From: Kiritimatiellia bacterium
GTDB lineage: Bacteria; Verrucomicrobiota; Kiritimatiellia; RFP12; DVOR01
DNA length: 64,000 nt
Direction of reading: 5' to 3'
Assembly (NCBI GenBank): GCA_017531445.1
Contig: JAFXKZ010000002.1
Location: 85,213-149,212, forward strand
The notes beneath the pieces are model-generated. The model saw only the letters and a program-made list of their open reading frames with translations, had not been told where the DNA came from and searched no databases. This document shows, in pieces, positions 48,048 to 57,972 of this stretch. The position numbers were made by a program, and so were the translations under genes. Within the stretch, counting starts at the first letter, position 1; every line of letters starts with the position of its first letter.

Positions 48048-50787
48048 AAGCTTCTTTTTGACGTGCTTTCACAGAAGGGGACTTGCGCCTTGCCGTTGAT
48101 TTGCGCTTGATTGCAGGTTTAACGGCTGAGACTTTTTTCTGTTTTCCCTTCCTGGCGGTTACGCGAGGAGTCGCTACCAATGTCTCCGGCTCTGCTCCGT
48201 TTTCGGTAGGTTTTGGCGAAAGAATAAAGGTCGTAATCGCCATATCGTGCGAGAGCAGGGCTTCAATTAAAGGGTTTTCAATGTGCGTTTCAATTGCACG
48301 GCGCAAGGGACGTGCACCATGTTTCGGATTATACCCCTTTTTCAAGACGAAAGCACGTGCAGCATCTGTCAGTTCAAAGGTGATTCCAGAAGAGGCAAGG
48401 CGCGTTTGAACTTCATTCAATTCCAACGTAAGGATTTTGTCGAGTGCATCATCGGTCAGGGATTTGAACACAAGAATATCATCGAAACGGTTGATTAATT
48501 CCGGACGTAAAGTCTGTTGCACTTCCTTCATGATTCTTTCCTGAAGGGCTGCATGGGGCATCAAAGGCCCTTGGGCATTCACACCCGGAAGAAAACCAAG
48601 GCTTGGCAATTCCATGTTGAAATGGCATCCGATGTTCGACGTGAGCAGAATAATTGTATTGCGGAAGTCGACATAACGTCCGTGCCCATCTGTAAGCGAA
48701 CCTTCTTCCAAGATTTGCAGAAGCGTATTGGCAATGTCCGGATGCGCTTTGTCAAATTCATCAAAGAGGAGAACCGAATAGGGGCGCCGATGCACACGTT
48801 CAGTCAGGAAACCTCCCTCTTCATAACCGACATAGCCAGGCTGAGTGCCAAAGAGTTTTGAGACGCTATACTTGTCCATGTATTCCGACATATCCAGCCG
48901 AATGAGCGCTTTTTCACTTCCAAAGAAGAGCGCAGCCAGTTGTTTTGCCAAGAACGTTTTCCCGACACCACTCGGTCCGGCAAGCAGAAACGCACCAATC
49001 GGACGCTTCGGATCCTTCATGTTCAAGCGTGAACGTTGCAGCACTTTTGCCATGACTTCGACCACTTCATCTTGTCCAATGATGCGCTCTTTGAGTTTGG
49101 AGGCAAACGACAGGAGAAATTGACGGTCGCTTTCGGTGAGTTGATTGGAGGGAATCCCTGTGATGCTTGCGACAGTTTCTGCAATATTTGCAGCAGTAAT
49201 TTTCACCGGAGCACGATTCCGCTGCGCATTCCATTCATCAAATGCTCGATTAAATGCTTCTTGCGCATTCATTTCATGCGTACGATATGTTTTTGCGGAA
49301 TCAAAATCACTCGCCGCAATCGCGCGTTGCTTTTCATGCCGAATTCGTACTAATTCCATTTCAAGAAGATGCAATTCCTCTGGACGAAAGACGGCATTCG
49401 CACGCAAGCGTGAGCCTGTTTCATCAATCGCATCGATGGCTTTGTCCGGTAATTTTCGGGAAGGAATATAGCGCGTAGTCAGATAGACAGCCGCTTCAAG
49501 AGCCTCATCTGTGTAGATAACGCCATGATGAGACGCATAGCTTGGCGCGAGCCGCTTCAAAATGTTGAATGTTTGTTCGGGAGAAGGTTCTTCAATTGTA
49601 ACCGATTGAAAACGGCGCGCCAATGCAGAGTCTTTTTCAATTTTCTTACGATATTAATCAAGGGTTGTTGCACCAATACACTGAAACTCACCGCGTGCGA
49701 GCGGAGGTTTAATAATATTTGCTGCATCCATTTGGCCTTCATGTCCACCAGCACCAACAATCGTATGGATTTCATCCAAAAAAAGGATGACGTCTTTGGA
49801 GTTTGAAGCCTCTTCAATCACCGTTTTAAGACGTGCTTCAAAAGAACCGCGATACTCTGTTCCGGCGACGAGGAGCGTCATATCCAGTGCGATAATGCGC
49901 TTGTCTAGCATATCTTCAGGAACAGAACGTTCGACAATTTTCTGTGCCAATCCCTCTACAATTGCAGTCTTGCCAACGCCCGCTTCGCCGATCAAAATTG
50001 CATTGTTTTTTCTTCTTCTGCATAAAATTTGGATCAAACGATCCACTTCTTTCTCGCGTCCGATAATAGGATCGAGCAGTTCCTTGCGCGCAAGATCGGT
50101 GATATCCTTGCCGAATTTGTCCAATGCCGAGGTTGAACGATGAGAACTCGCTTCATGGGTATGGGGCGAGCCGGCAGGTGAAGACGAGAGCGACTCTTCA
50201 AAACGGCGAAACTTTTCATCAATAATGCCGCTTTCATCATCATCGTCATCATCACATGGCGAATCAACAGGTGCGTGGCCGGTTTCCTGCTTGTTGTCAT
50301 TGTGAGAAGTTTCGGAGGGGATGGATTGGGAAATCGCTTTAAGTAAACGTTCCTCTGTAACTTCGGTATGACGCAGAATAATTGCGCCCAATCCGTCACA
50401 TTCTTTGACAATGGCTAACAGTAAACAGGTGGTATTTACCTGCTTGAAATTCTCTTGAAGCGCAATCGCCTTTGCCAACTCGCAAACCTTTAACACACGC
50501 ACCGACCAGCAAATCTTTTCTGGTGACAGCAGCTTTTTTTGTTGTTCGCTATTTGTTGAAAAATTGGTGAGCGGCTCTGATAAAATCTGGATGTTTGCGC
50601 GCAAAAACTTCTCTGCGATATTGAATTGTTGCAGTAATTTTTTTGCAGAACAATCAATGACACAGCACGCTAAAAGGAGGTGCCCTGTCCCGATATGGTC
50701 ATGAGAAAGTGCAGCAGCCTCAATTTGTGCTTGGCGTAAAACGGCTCTTGCATTTGTGGAAAAGTGCTCTGTATTTGGATGTTTCAT
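48046..50787 (-). pseudogene. clpC: ATP-dependent Clp protease ATP-binding subunit ClpC, split by one in-frame TAA at 49654-49656
   Basis: Clp N domain, [39 protein letters not shown]-like coiled coil, GPSGVGKT and GARPLRR. Both track ORFs are in one frame. Confidence 0.9.
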
Positions 50788-50979
50788 CGTTTGACCTCCT
50801 ATCGCTTACAACTATAAAATTATGTATGAGACTATAACAAAGAAATTTGCTTGTAACAAGAGAAAATTCAGGAGTGGACGGATTTTACGCGAACTGCTGC
50901 ACAAACTGATGAGATCAGCGGTGTTGCTTGTAATTTTGGTATCCATGAATGCGGTTGAAACCGTGCTTATACAACAAAT

Positions 50980-51005
50980 AAGCCCTCACCGGGGAGCGAG
51001 GGCTT
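50980..51005 (-). terminator. Probable terminator after tatA
   Basis: AAGCCCTC-10 nt-GAGGGCTT, followed on the minus strand by a T-rich tract. Confidence 0.5.
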
Positions 51006-51029
51006 GTCGTTTAATTGGAAAGCAATCAA

Positions 51030-51227
51030 TTAGTCAAGATTCTTTTTAATTGCATCCGCTATTTCGCTCACCTTGGTCTCTGCTTCCGCATTACCTTCCT
51101 TCAATCCTTTTTTGAATTCTCCGGACGAGCGACCGAGGGCGCGAGCGATTTCCGGAATTTTTTTCGCTCCGAAAATCAATGCGATAATCAGAATAACAAT
51201 CAGCAGTTGCCAAATTCCAGGACGCAT
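51030..51227 (-). CDS. tatA: Twin-arginine translocase TatA/E
   Basis: LIFGAKKIPEIARALGRS..EFKKG. Confidence 0.93.
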   Translation of the reverse strand: MRPGIWQLLIVILIIALIFGAKKIPEIARALGRSSGEFKKGLKEGNAEAETKVSEIADAIKKNLD

Positions 51228-51253
51228 CTTTGTATACCTTTCCTTAAAAACGG

Positions 51254-51739
51254 TTAGCGATAAAGTCGTGTAGCGCGCTGTGCTGCCCGATCTGCCTCAC
51301 GACGTTTGATAGTTTCACGCCGGTCGTATTGGTTCTTCCCCTGGCAGAGTGCAATCTCGACTTTGACTTTACCGCGTGGGTTCAAGTAGATTCTCAACGG
51401 GATGAGTGAGAGGCCTTTTTGCTCAACTTTCGCACGTAATCGGATGATTTCCGATTTGTGCATCAGAAGCCGACGCGTCCGTAATGATTCGTGGTTGAAG
51501 CGATTGCCGAATTCATATGGCGGAATACGCACTTGCATCAGCCATAATTGATTCGTCTCATCGGTCTTACACCACGCACCCATTAGCCCGCCTTCTCCAT
51601 TGCGCAAGACTTTGACTTCGGTGCCAAGGAGCTCAATTCCGGCTTCGTGTTTCTCCAATACGAGGTAGTCGTGCGTGGCCTTGCGATTGACTGCAAGGTT
51701 GCCCGTGATTACTTTGGAGGATTTTTTATCCGAAGCCAT
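51254..51739 (-). CDS. smpB: SsrA-binding protein
   Basis: NRKATHDY, EAGIEL.GTEVK, RRLLMHK.EI and YDRRETIK. Confidence 0.96.
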   Translation of the reverse strand: MASDKKSSKVITGNLAVNRKATHDYLVLEKHEAGIELLGTEVKVLRNGEGGLMGAWCKTDETNQLWLMQVRIPPYEFGNRFNHESLRTRRLLMHKSEIIRLRAKVEQKGLSLIPLRIYLNPRGKVKVEIALCQGKNQYDRRETIKRREADRAAQRATRLYR

Positions 51740-51761
51740 CGATGCAAGCAACCGTCAAAGA

Positions 51762-52013
51762 TTAGATGTGGCGGCTCCAGAAGCTACGCTTCTTTTCATC
51801 CTCTTCCACAGCCTGCAAATCCATACGAGGGAGAATCAAGCCTGCGGCAATTTCGCGAAGTGCAATATCCGACTTGTCTTCGCGATCGGACAATGGACGC
51901 AAAAGGGGACGGGCGCCACGGTTCAATTGTTTTGTTCGTTGGGAAACAATGTTGATCAATACCGGGATACTCGGAATTCTGCGACGAGCATTTTCAAGTG
52001 CCTCAAGATTCAT
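51762..52013 (-). CDS. rpoZ: RNA polymerase omega subunit
   Basis: LINIVSQRTKQL..GARPL...DIALREIAAG; position between secG and smpB. Confidence 0.8.
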   Translation of the reverse strand: MNLEALENARRRIPSIPVLINIVSQRTKQLNRGARPLLRPLSDREDKSDIALREIAAGLILPRMDLQAVEEDEKKRSFWSRHI

Positions 52014-52043
52014 ATTGACGACTCCTGCAAGCGGTGGGATGAA

Positions 52044-52367
52044 TTATTGAGCGGGGACTTCCGGAATAGCCGGTGCCGCCGGCAGTTCCTGAGTCTGGCG
52101 ATCTGCGAGAGATTGTTCATGGACGCCGCCGCGCATACAAAATGCAATGGCTAAACTGTTGAGAATCAGAATAATGCCCAACACTACCGTGGTGCGCGAA
52201 AGAACATTGCCCGTGTGGCCGCCGAATACATCTTCTCCGAATTTTCCACCGAATGCCGATCCCATCCCGCCGGATTGATCTTTCGGAGGTTGAAGCATTA
52301 CGACTGCAACCATCAAGAGTGCAACAGCAATTTCTACGAAGAAGAGCAGACCAAGCAAAAATGCCAT
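52044..52367 (-). CDS. secG: Preprotein translocase subunit SecG
   Basis: VMLQ...SGGMGSAFGG...FGG..GNVLSRTT with two TM helices. Confidence 0.92.
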   Translation of the reverse strand: MAFLLGLLFFVEIAVALLMVAVVMLQPPKDQSGGMGSAFGGKFGEDVFGGHTGNVLSRTTVVLGIILILNSLAIAFCMRGGVHEQSLADRQTQELPAAPAIPEVPAQ

Positions 52368-52620
52368 GATTAAAATCCTTTCAATACGAAAACCTTGGAA
52401 GTATAGCACACCGGAAATAAAATGTCAAAATCTATTAAATGGTTATAGAGCAACATTCTTGTTTAGTAGAGGAATCGTTATGTGAAAGCAGAATTGCACG
52501 GCGAATGAAGCAATAAGGTAAAAATTGGCGTGTGCTTTCTCAGGGACGATTCAGGGTGTGCATTCGGCCATCGACTCGGAGATGGCTAAATAAAATACGG
52601 ATGCCGTGGATGGCATTTTT

Positions 52621-52686
52621 GAAGATGGGCGAAAGCGTGATTGCAGATGGGCGAAGTTACATAACAATGTCGCCCATGTTGAAACA
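52621..52686. repeat. Dispersed intergenic element, copy 4
   Basis: GAAGATGGGCGA...AGATGGGCGA...AATGTCGCCCATGTTGAAACA. Confidence 0.55.
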
Positions 52687-53599
52687 GAATCTCGTCCGCT
52701 TTGAAAGTGCCCTTGCAGGGAACGTTAATCACGGAAGATAGAAGTATAGTTGGTTTTCAAATCCAAGTAATCTTCCGGTAAAGCAAAGTGTAGGTAAGAC
52801 CATGGGGAAGGTGGCGACATTTTCAAATTAAAACGGCCTTCAGGTAAAACGAAGGAGTTGCCATTTCTTCAATGATTGAGAGCGGACTTCACGCGGATTG
52901 TGGTGCCCGGTTGCTCGCTCATCAGAATCGCCGAAGGGGCTTCCTATAGCGAATGTTCAGGCTAATAAAATGCGTCGCGCTGGGCGTAGGTATCAATATA
53001 CTGTCTTGGTTTTCCAAGTGTTGTGCATTCGAGTATATGTTAACACGTGACAATTGATTCATTGTGTAGGCGCACATGGGTAATAGTACGGAAGTCACAG
53101 AGATATTTGTGCGCCCAGATATTGGGTTTCTCTATGTCTGCGTAAAGTTAGGCCAACTTTACCGGAAAGCACATCGCTACGGCATCTTCAATAGAACCTG
53201 TTGGTTTGATGTAGTTTTCATTCTTGTGTCACAAAATCGGCAACCTTATTACCTATGCCCTTGCGTATGGGGACTATACGGAAGTTCTTTGTGCCGGAAA
53301 AAGAGTGGTATTAGACGGGAAATCGACGCTCAATTCTCGCACGGTTTCTCATGGATGATGAAATAATTGAACACTAATTTCACCGAACAATCGTGCGCTC
53401 TAACGGGATTGACCGATAGAACTGTGTCATTGGTAAGTTACATGGTTGGTGTCTGCTGCATGAAGACGATCGTAGAGAAAGTACAACACTGTCGCTTAAT
53501 TTCTTTCTGGTGTTTAATGGAGGGGGCCTGATAAATTATGGAAGAGAGAGAAATGGTTGCGACAGGTGTCGTAACGATGGGATGGGGTAGATACAAAAG

Positions 53600-53633
53600 A
53601 AAACAGCGTCTCACGAATTGTGAGACGCTGTTT
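53600..53633. terminator. Terminator after lsrF
   Basis: AAACAGCGTCTCAC-gaatt-GTGAGACGCTGTTT. Confidence 0.8.
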
Positions 53634-53655
53634 ATTACAAGAAATATCAACTTGT

Positions 53656-54528
53656 TCAGCGTGCAAGATCTTGATACATCTGGTACGCATCATCCGGTTT
53701 CATATTCTTGTGAATTACGGCAGAAACCGCGCGAATCATCGCAGCAGGATGCTCAGACTGGAAGACGTTGCGGCCCATATCAACGCCTGCTGCACCTTCG
53801 TTCATTGCGCGATAAGCGAGCTCAAGGGCGTCGCGTTCCGGCACTTTCTTTCCGCCTGCGATTACGATTGGCACAGGGCAGGAGGCCGTAACCGTCTCAA
53901 AGCCTTCGGTATAATAGGACTTTACGATGTTGGCACCGTTTTCTGCACACATGCGTGTGGCAAGACGGAAATACTTGGCATCACGTGTCATCTGCTTGCC
54001 GACTGCGGTTACACCCATCACGGGGATGCCATATTTCTGTCCGATGTCTACCGTGTGGTAAAGGTTGGCCATCGTCTTGGCTTCCATGAGTTCATCGCCC
54101 ACAGCCACCATTACTGCCATTGCCGAGACGTTCATGCGGATGGCGTCTTCCGGATCAATCACCACGTTGTCATTGAGATTGGTGAGGATTGAAGAGCCAG
54201 CATCCGAACGCAAGCAGACGGGAATCGTATTGGTCGGAGGAATGACCGAGCGGAGAATGCCGCGCGTACACATCAAGCAATCGGCATACTTCATCAACGG
54301 TACGATCGAAAGGTCAATGCGCTCCACACCTCCGGTCGGCCCCATGATAAAGCCGTGATCGCAGGCCAGCATCAACGATTTGCCGTCCTTGGGATTGAAA
54401 ATTCGCGAAAGACGGTTTTTCATACCCCAATCAAGATTTGAACACCCTTTCAGAGGGAAGCCGACTGTTTTCTGAGGTGTACCGACGCCGAAAGCGGATG
54501 CTTCCTTAAAATTATCCATATCTGCCAT
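53656..54528 (-). CDS. lsrF: 3-hydroxy-5-phosphonooxypentane-2,4-dione thiolase (LsrF; class I aldolase fold)
   Basis: LDWGMKNRLSRIF, MLACDHG..MGPT.G.ERID, TRGILR, IVKSYY, VIAGGKK and GVDMGRNVFQS. Confidence 0.9.
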   Translation of the reverse strand: MADMDNFKEASAFGVGTPQKTVGFPLKGCSNLDWGMKNRLSRIFNPKDGKSLMLACDHGFIMGPTGGVERIDLSIVPLMKYADCLMCTRGILRSVIPPTNTIPVCLRSDAGSSILTNLNDNVVIDPEDAIRMNVSAMAVMVAVGDELMEAKTMANLYHTVDIGQKYGIPVMGVTAVGKQMTRDAKYFRLATRMCAENGANIVKSYYTEGFETVTASCPVPIVIAGGKKVPERDALELAYRAMNEGAAGVDMGRNVFQSEHPAAMIRAVSAVIHKNMKPDDAYQMYQDLAR

Positions 54529-54577
54529 GGAAAAGCTCCTTGTGTTTTAAGATTATTTGGATAGGTGGGGCGAGAGA

Positions 54578-55180
54578 TTAAGCAACAAATGCTGCGAAGA
54601 TGACGGCCATGGAAGCGGATCCTGCGTCAATGGCACCGATGGAACGTTCACCCAGATTGCGGGCTCGACCGAACTTTGCCTGCATTTGTGCGGTGGCTTC
54701 AGACCCGGCTTTTGCGGCGGCGGCAGCAGCAGCAAACATCGCTGCTTCTCCTTGATCTTTGGCTGCGAGCAAAGCCTCGGTGGCAGGTTGGAGCGCATCC
54801 ATCATTGTTTTGTCACCTTTGCGCGCCTTCGTAACGCAGCAGATTTCATCAAAGCCGCCTTCAAACATTTCTGCGAGTTCTTCAGCGTCAAGCTCGGTTT
54901 TTCCTGCGGCGACAGCGTCTGCCATGCCTTCACACCACGCACCATACAGAGAGGACGTGGAGCCGGAGGCTTCGGTTTCAAGCTTTTCTGCCATATCGGT
55001 GATGTAGGCTTTGAAGTCATCACCTTCCGCGTGTACGATTGCGTTCAGTGCGGCAACAATCGCAGTGCCGTGATCACCATCTCCGCCGGTTGCCGCATCA
55101 AGCTCTGAAAACCGCTTCTCGTTTGCGTTGATATCAATTTGGGCTTTTTGCCAAATGGCCTTGAATTGTTCGAGTGTCAT
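54578..55180 (-). CDS. dhaL: Dihydroxyacetone kinase-like ADP-binding subunit L
   Basis: LDA..GGDGDHG, GDKTMMDAL and FGRARNLGERSIG.IDAG. Confidence 0.9.
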   Translation of the reverse strand: MTLEQFKAIWQKAQIDINANEKRFSELDAATGGDGDHGTAIVAALNAIVHAEGDDFKAYITDMAEKLETEASGSTSSLYGAWCEGMADAVAAGKTELDAEELAEMFEGGFDEICCVTKARKGDKTMMDALQPATEALLAAKDQGEAAMFAAAAAAAKAGSEATAQMQAKFGRARNLGERSIGAIDAGSASMAVIFAAFVA

Positions 55181-55208
55181 AGAATGAATCTTCCTTTCAT
55201 TGAGAAGC

Positions 55209-55241
55209 GGGCGATAACAAGTTTGCTTCTTGTTATCGCCC
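55209..55241. other. Intra-operon hairpin between dhaK and dhaL
   Basis: GGGCGATAACAAG-7 nt-CTTGTTATCGCCC. Confidence 0.6.
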
Positions 55242-55252
55242 GGTATGGCGAA

Positions 55253-56260
55253 TCAACCGTTGCAAGTCCAGTAGGGGGTGTTCGCCGTTGCTTTGAGAAG
55301 AGCTTCTGTTTCCGGCGTTACCTTGGCCAGAGTCATCTGGAAGCCGGCCATTTCCTGAACAGTCAAGAGTTCGGTAGCCAGACCATTGACGAGGGAGATG
55401 CCCATGCCCATCAAGACCTTGGCCGCAGCACGGTAGCAAATGAGCATTTCCATTGCGGTGGTGGCACCGGAACCATTGATGATAAGCAGTGCGCGGTCGC
55501 CGGATTCCAATTTCGTGGCGGCAACAAGACGCTCAATCATGATTTTGGCCGTTTCATCTGCGGACTGCACTTTCATTACGCCGCCGCCGCCTTCACCATG
55601 CTGCCCCATGCCGATTTCCATTTCGTCATCAGCGAGCGCGCCGATTTCAGCACCGTTTTGCGGATGCGTTGCGACTTTGAGTGCCACAGAGAGCGTGGCA
55701 AGCTGTGCATGAAACGCGTTGCCGATAGCGAGCACTTCATCGATGTTCTTTCCGGCTTCGCAAGCGGCCCCCATAATCTTCATCAGGGGAATGCAACCGC
55801 CCAGACCACGGCGATCTTCCGGGTCGGCATCGATGCCGGGGGCGATATCTTCCTGAACAATAATTTCCTTCACGTTCTCAATGCCGGCTTTTTCTGCGAG
55901 GCGCAGTGCCTTGCGAGCGGCCATGCGGTCGCCATTGTGGTTGAGCGTGAGCAGAATTACGCCAGCGGGGCGTTTGAACATTTCAATGGCTTCAAAGACC
56001 TTCGGACCGCCGGGTGCGGCAAAGACATCGCCGGCAACGGCTGCGTCTGCCATACCTTCGCCAACGAATCCGTGCATGGCAGGTTCGTGACCGGTGCCGC
56101 CGAAGCAGATCAATGCCACTTTGTCTTCGGCTTTGGGTTGTGCACGCACAACGATGCGTTCGTTGACAATTTTCACCTTGTCGGAGTAGGCGAGACCGAG
56201 ACCTTCCAGCATTTCTGCGGTAAGGTTGGCCGGGTCATTCATAAATTTCTTCATGGGCAT
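55253..56260 (-). CDS. dhaK: Dihydroxyacetone kinase-like substrate-binding subunit K (divergent pocket)
   Basis: KKFMNDP, GGTGHEP, GDVFAAP, NHNGD, RRGLGG, GMGQHGEGG and EMAGFQMT. Confidence 0.88.
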   Translation of the reverse strand: MPMKKFMNDPANLTAEMLEGLGLAYSDKVKIVNERIVVRAQPKAEDKVALICFGGTGHEPAMHGFVGEGMADAAVAGDVFAAPGGPKVFEAIEMFKRPAGVILLTLNHNGDRMAARKALRLAEKAGIENVKEIIVQEDIAPGIDADPEDRRGLGGCIPLMKIMGAACEAGKNIDEVLAIGNAFHAQLATLSVALKVATHPQNGAEIGALADDEMEIGMGQHGEGGGGVMKVQSADETAKIMIERLVAATKLESGDRALLIINGSGATTAMEMLICYRAAAKVLMGMGISLVNGLATELLTVQEMAGFQMTLAKVTPETEALLKATANTPYWTCNG

Positions 56261-56296
56261 GGAAGTGTTCCTTAGTGTGTTAAAGGTTGGTAATCG

Positions 56297-56608
56297 TTAC
56301 TTGGCTTGGTAGAATTCCACCACGGTGTTGTTGTCATAGACGAAGGCGATGTAGGCATTGCCGATATCCATTTTGTCCCAAAGAATGGATTTGCCCGCGA
56401 TGGCCTCATCAATGTTTTCCACGCGATAAGCGACATGGGGTTGTTCTTGAATAGCAGCTGCCATGGGCGAGTCGGGCTCAAAATAGAGGAATTCGATTTT
56501 GTATTTGTCCGTTTCGCCTCCTGCGATCCAAACTTTCAAGGGCTCAACAAAGGTCATGTTCGGCATTTTTTCGCCGACAATCATACCGGTATGCATGTAT
56601 TCCATCAC
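56297..56608 (-). CDS. Small VOC/glyoxalase-like protein
   Basis: HTG..., KIEFLYFE, PHVAYRVENIDEAI and VVEFYQ; GAGG RBS. Confidence 0.6.
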   Translation of the reverse strand: MMEYMHTGMIVGEKMPNMTFVEPLKVWIAGGETDKYKIEFLYFEPDSPMAAAIQEQPHVAYRVENIDEAIAGKSILWDKMDIGNAYIAFVYDNNTVVEFYQAK

Positions 56609-56650
56609 GAGGATTCCTTTTTAGTGAATTGAAGATTGCTGTGGTAAAAC

Positions 56651-57373
56651 TCAGAATGCGACATTCGGGCAGGTGAAGCGCAAGCCGTTGCCATCGTGAT
56701 AGGTGGCATATTCAGAGACGATTGCGCCTTCCGGGCCGCCCATCATGAAGTGCCACGTTTCATCTTTGGCCAAACGATGCACCTGACCATCAGCTTCCCA
56801 CTTTTCCACATGGACGCTCTTCAGCGTAGGAAGCTGGCACTTGGCAAGCATCGCCTTGACTTCGGGATACTGGTCAAGATTGGGTTCGCCGACTTCGCTG
56901 AAACCATAGACGGAGCCATAGCGCACCTGCCAAGCTTCGTGCTTGCACTGCAAGGGCCCCTTGTCATCGGTCGTGGGCTTATGGCTGTGTTCTGCAATGG
57001 ACTGACCGGGCAGAAGGAAAATTTCGTGCGCGAAGTACTGTTTATCACGATTGTTTTCCCAGAAGACGCCTCCCATGCCAAATGCGGCAAAATCGCCCTG
57101 GGCGAAGTCTACCGCCCACAAGAAACCGGGCTCATCGGTATAGCGGGCATAGACCGGCGCACCGAGCTTCTTCATTAAATCAATATAGGCCTGCTTGCCT
57201 TTTTCTCCGTCAAACTTGCCATTGGTGTAGAAATCTGCATTATTCACTTGTACCATCTCCTTTGCTTTCGCAGGTTGACAGGTTGCTTTACCGCAGCAGC
57301 CTGTAGAAAATCCCATTACTGTGGCAACGAGTGCCGCCATCGCGCCAACGCGCACAATTTTAACAATGTCCAT
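56651..57373 (-). CDS. Cupin, D-lyxose-isomerase-like, with a lipoprotein signal peptide
   Basis: LLPGQSIAEHSH..KHE metal motif, WHF and IVSEYATYHD; N-terminal MDIVKIVRVGAMAALVATVMGFSTG/C. Confidence 0.6.
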   Translation of the reverse strand: MDIVKIVRVGAMAALVATVMGFSTGCCGKATCQPAKAKEMVQVNNADFYTNGKFDGEKGKQAYIDLMKKLGAPVYARYTDEPGFLWAVDFAQGDFAAFGMGGVFWENNRDKQYFAHEIFLLPGQSIAEHSHKPTTDDKGPLQCKHEAWQVRYGSVYGFSEVGEPNLDQYPEVKAMLAKCQLPTLKSVHVEKWEADGQVHRLAKDETWHFMMGGPEGAIVSEYATYHDGNGLRFTCPNVAF

Positions 57374-57942
57374 GTGTATTCCTTTCAACGTGAAAGAGCA
57401 GAAACTCCACCCTCCATCATTTACAAGTATTGTAGTTTTTTTTTCTGCTATTTGCAAGTGTAAAACGGTAAAAATAGGGCTGTTTTAGAATAAAAACGAT
57501 GAAAATTTCAATATATTTTGCTATTTCCTATAAGAAAACACGTTTTTGGGGAAGATGAAGACAAGGGGGAGTATTTGGCTTGATTGCACTTTTAGCGGTT
57601 GGCTCTTTGCTTGGTAATGTGTTTTCGCTGTAGCTTCTTTTCAGCAATCAAGGGCTTTCTATTTCAAGTTTTCAACTGTTTTGTACTATTTGGGGTATCA
57701 AATAAGTTATTGTGGGGCAATACTTTATGTCGAGCAAAATGTTTTCCCTAAATAGTGTAGGAAAAATAGTACAAAGTGCTGAAAAACTCTAATTTTTTAT
57801 CCTCAAAGACTGCTGAGTTTTGGCTAAACCCTAACGTCTTTTGCTTTCAAATTGGACCAAACTAAACCTAAAAGATGGTTGCTTTTACTCGGCATCCAGC
57901 CGAGGAAGCGCTTAAAAGACGGTTGAGTTGTCCACTTTTCAC

Positions 57943-57972
57943 ACTTAAGTCATTATACATAATGACTTATCC
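57943..57972. other. Palindromic site at the GC-skew switch: candidate dif-like chromosome dimer resolution site
   Basis: TAAGTCATTAT-AC-ATAATGACTTA (perfect 11-bp arms, 57946-57969). The plus strand is G-rich before it and C-rich after it. Confidence 0.45.

Noticed and set aside
30344-49656. Stop-codon reassignment (TAG or TAA read as sense) to explain the interrupted LRR and clpC genes
   Set aside because: TAG ends genes normally (6800-6802, 10130-10132, 28202-28204), TAA is the commonest stop, and the two interruptions use different codons.
57943-57972. Canonical XerCD dif or a Fur box
   Set aside because: The inner arms do not match ATAA/TTAT and the Fur 19-mer does not align, so it is kept only as a non-canonical candidate.
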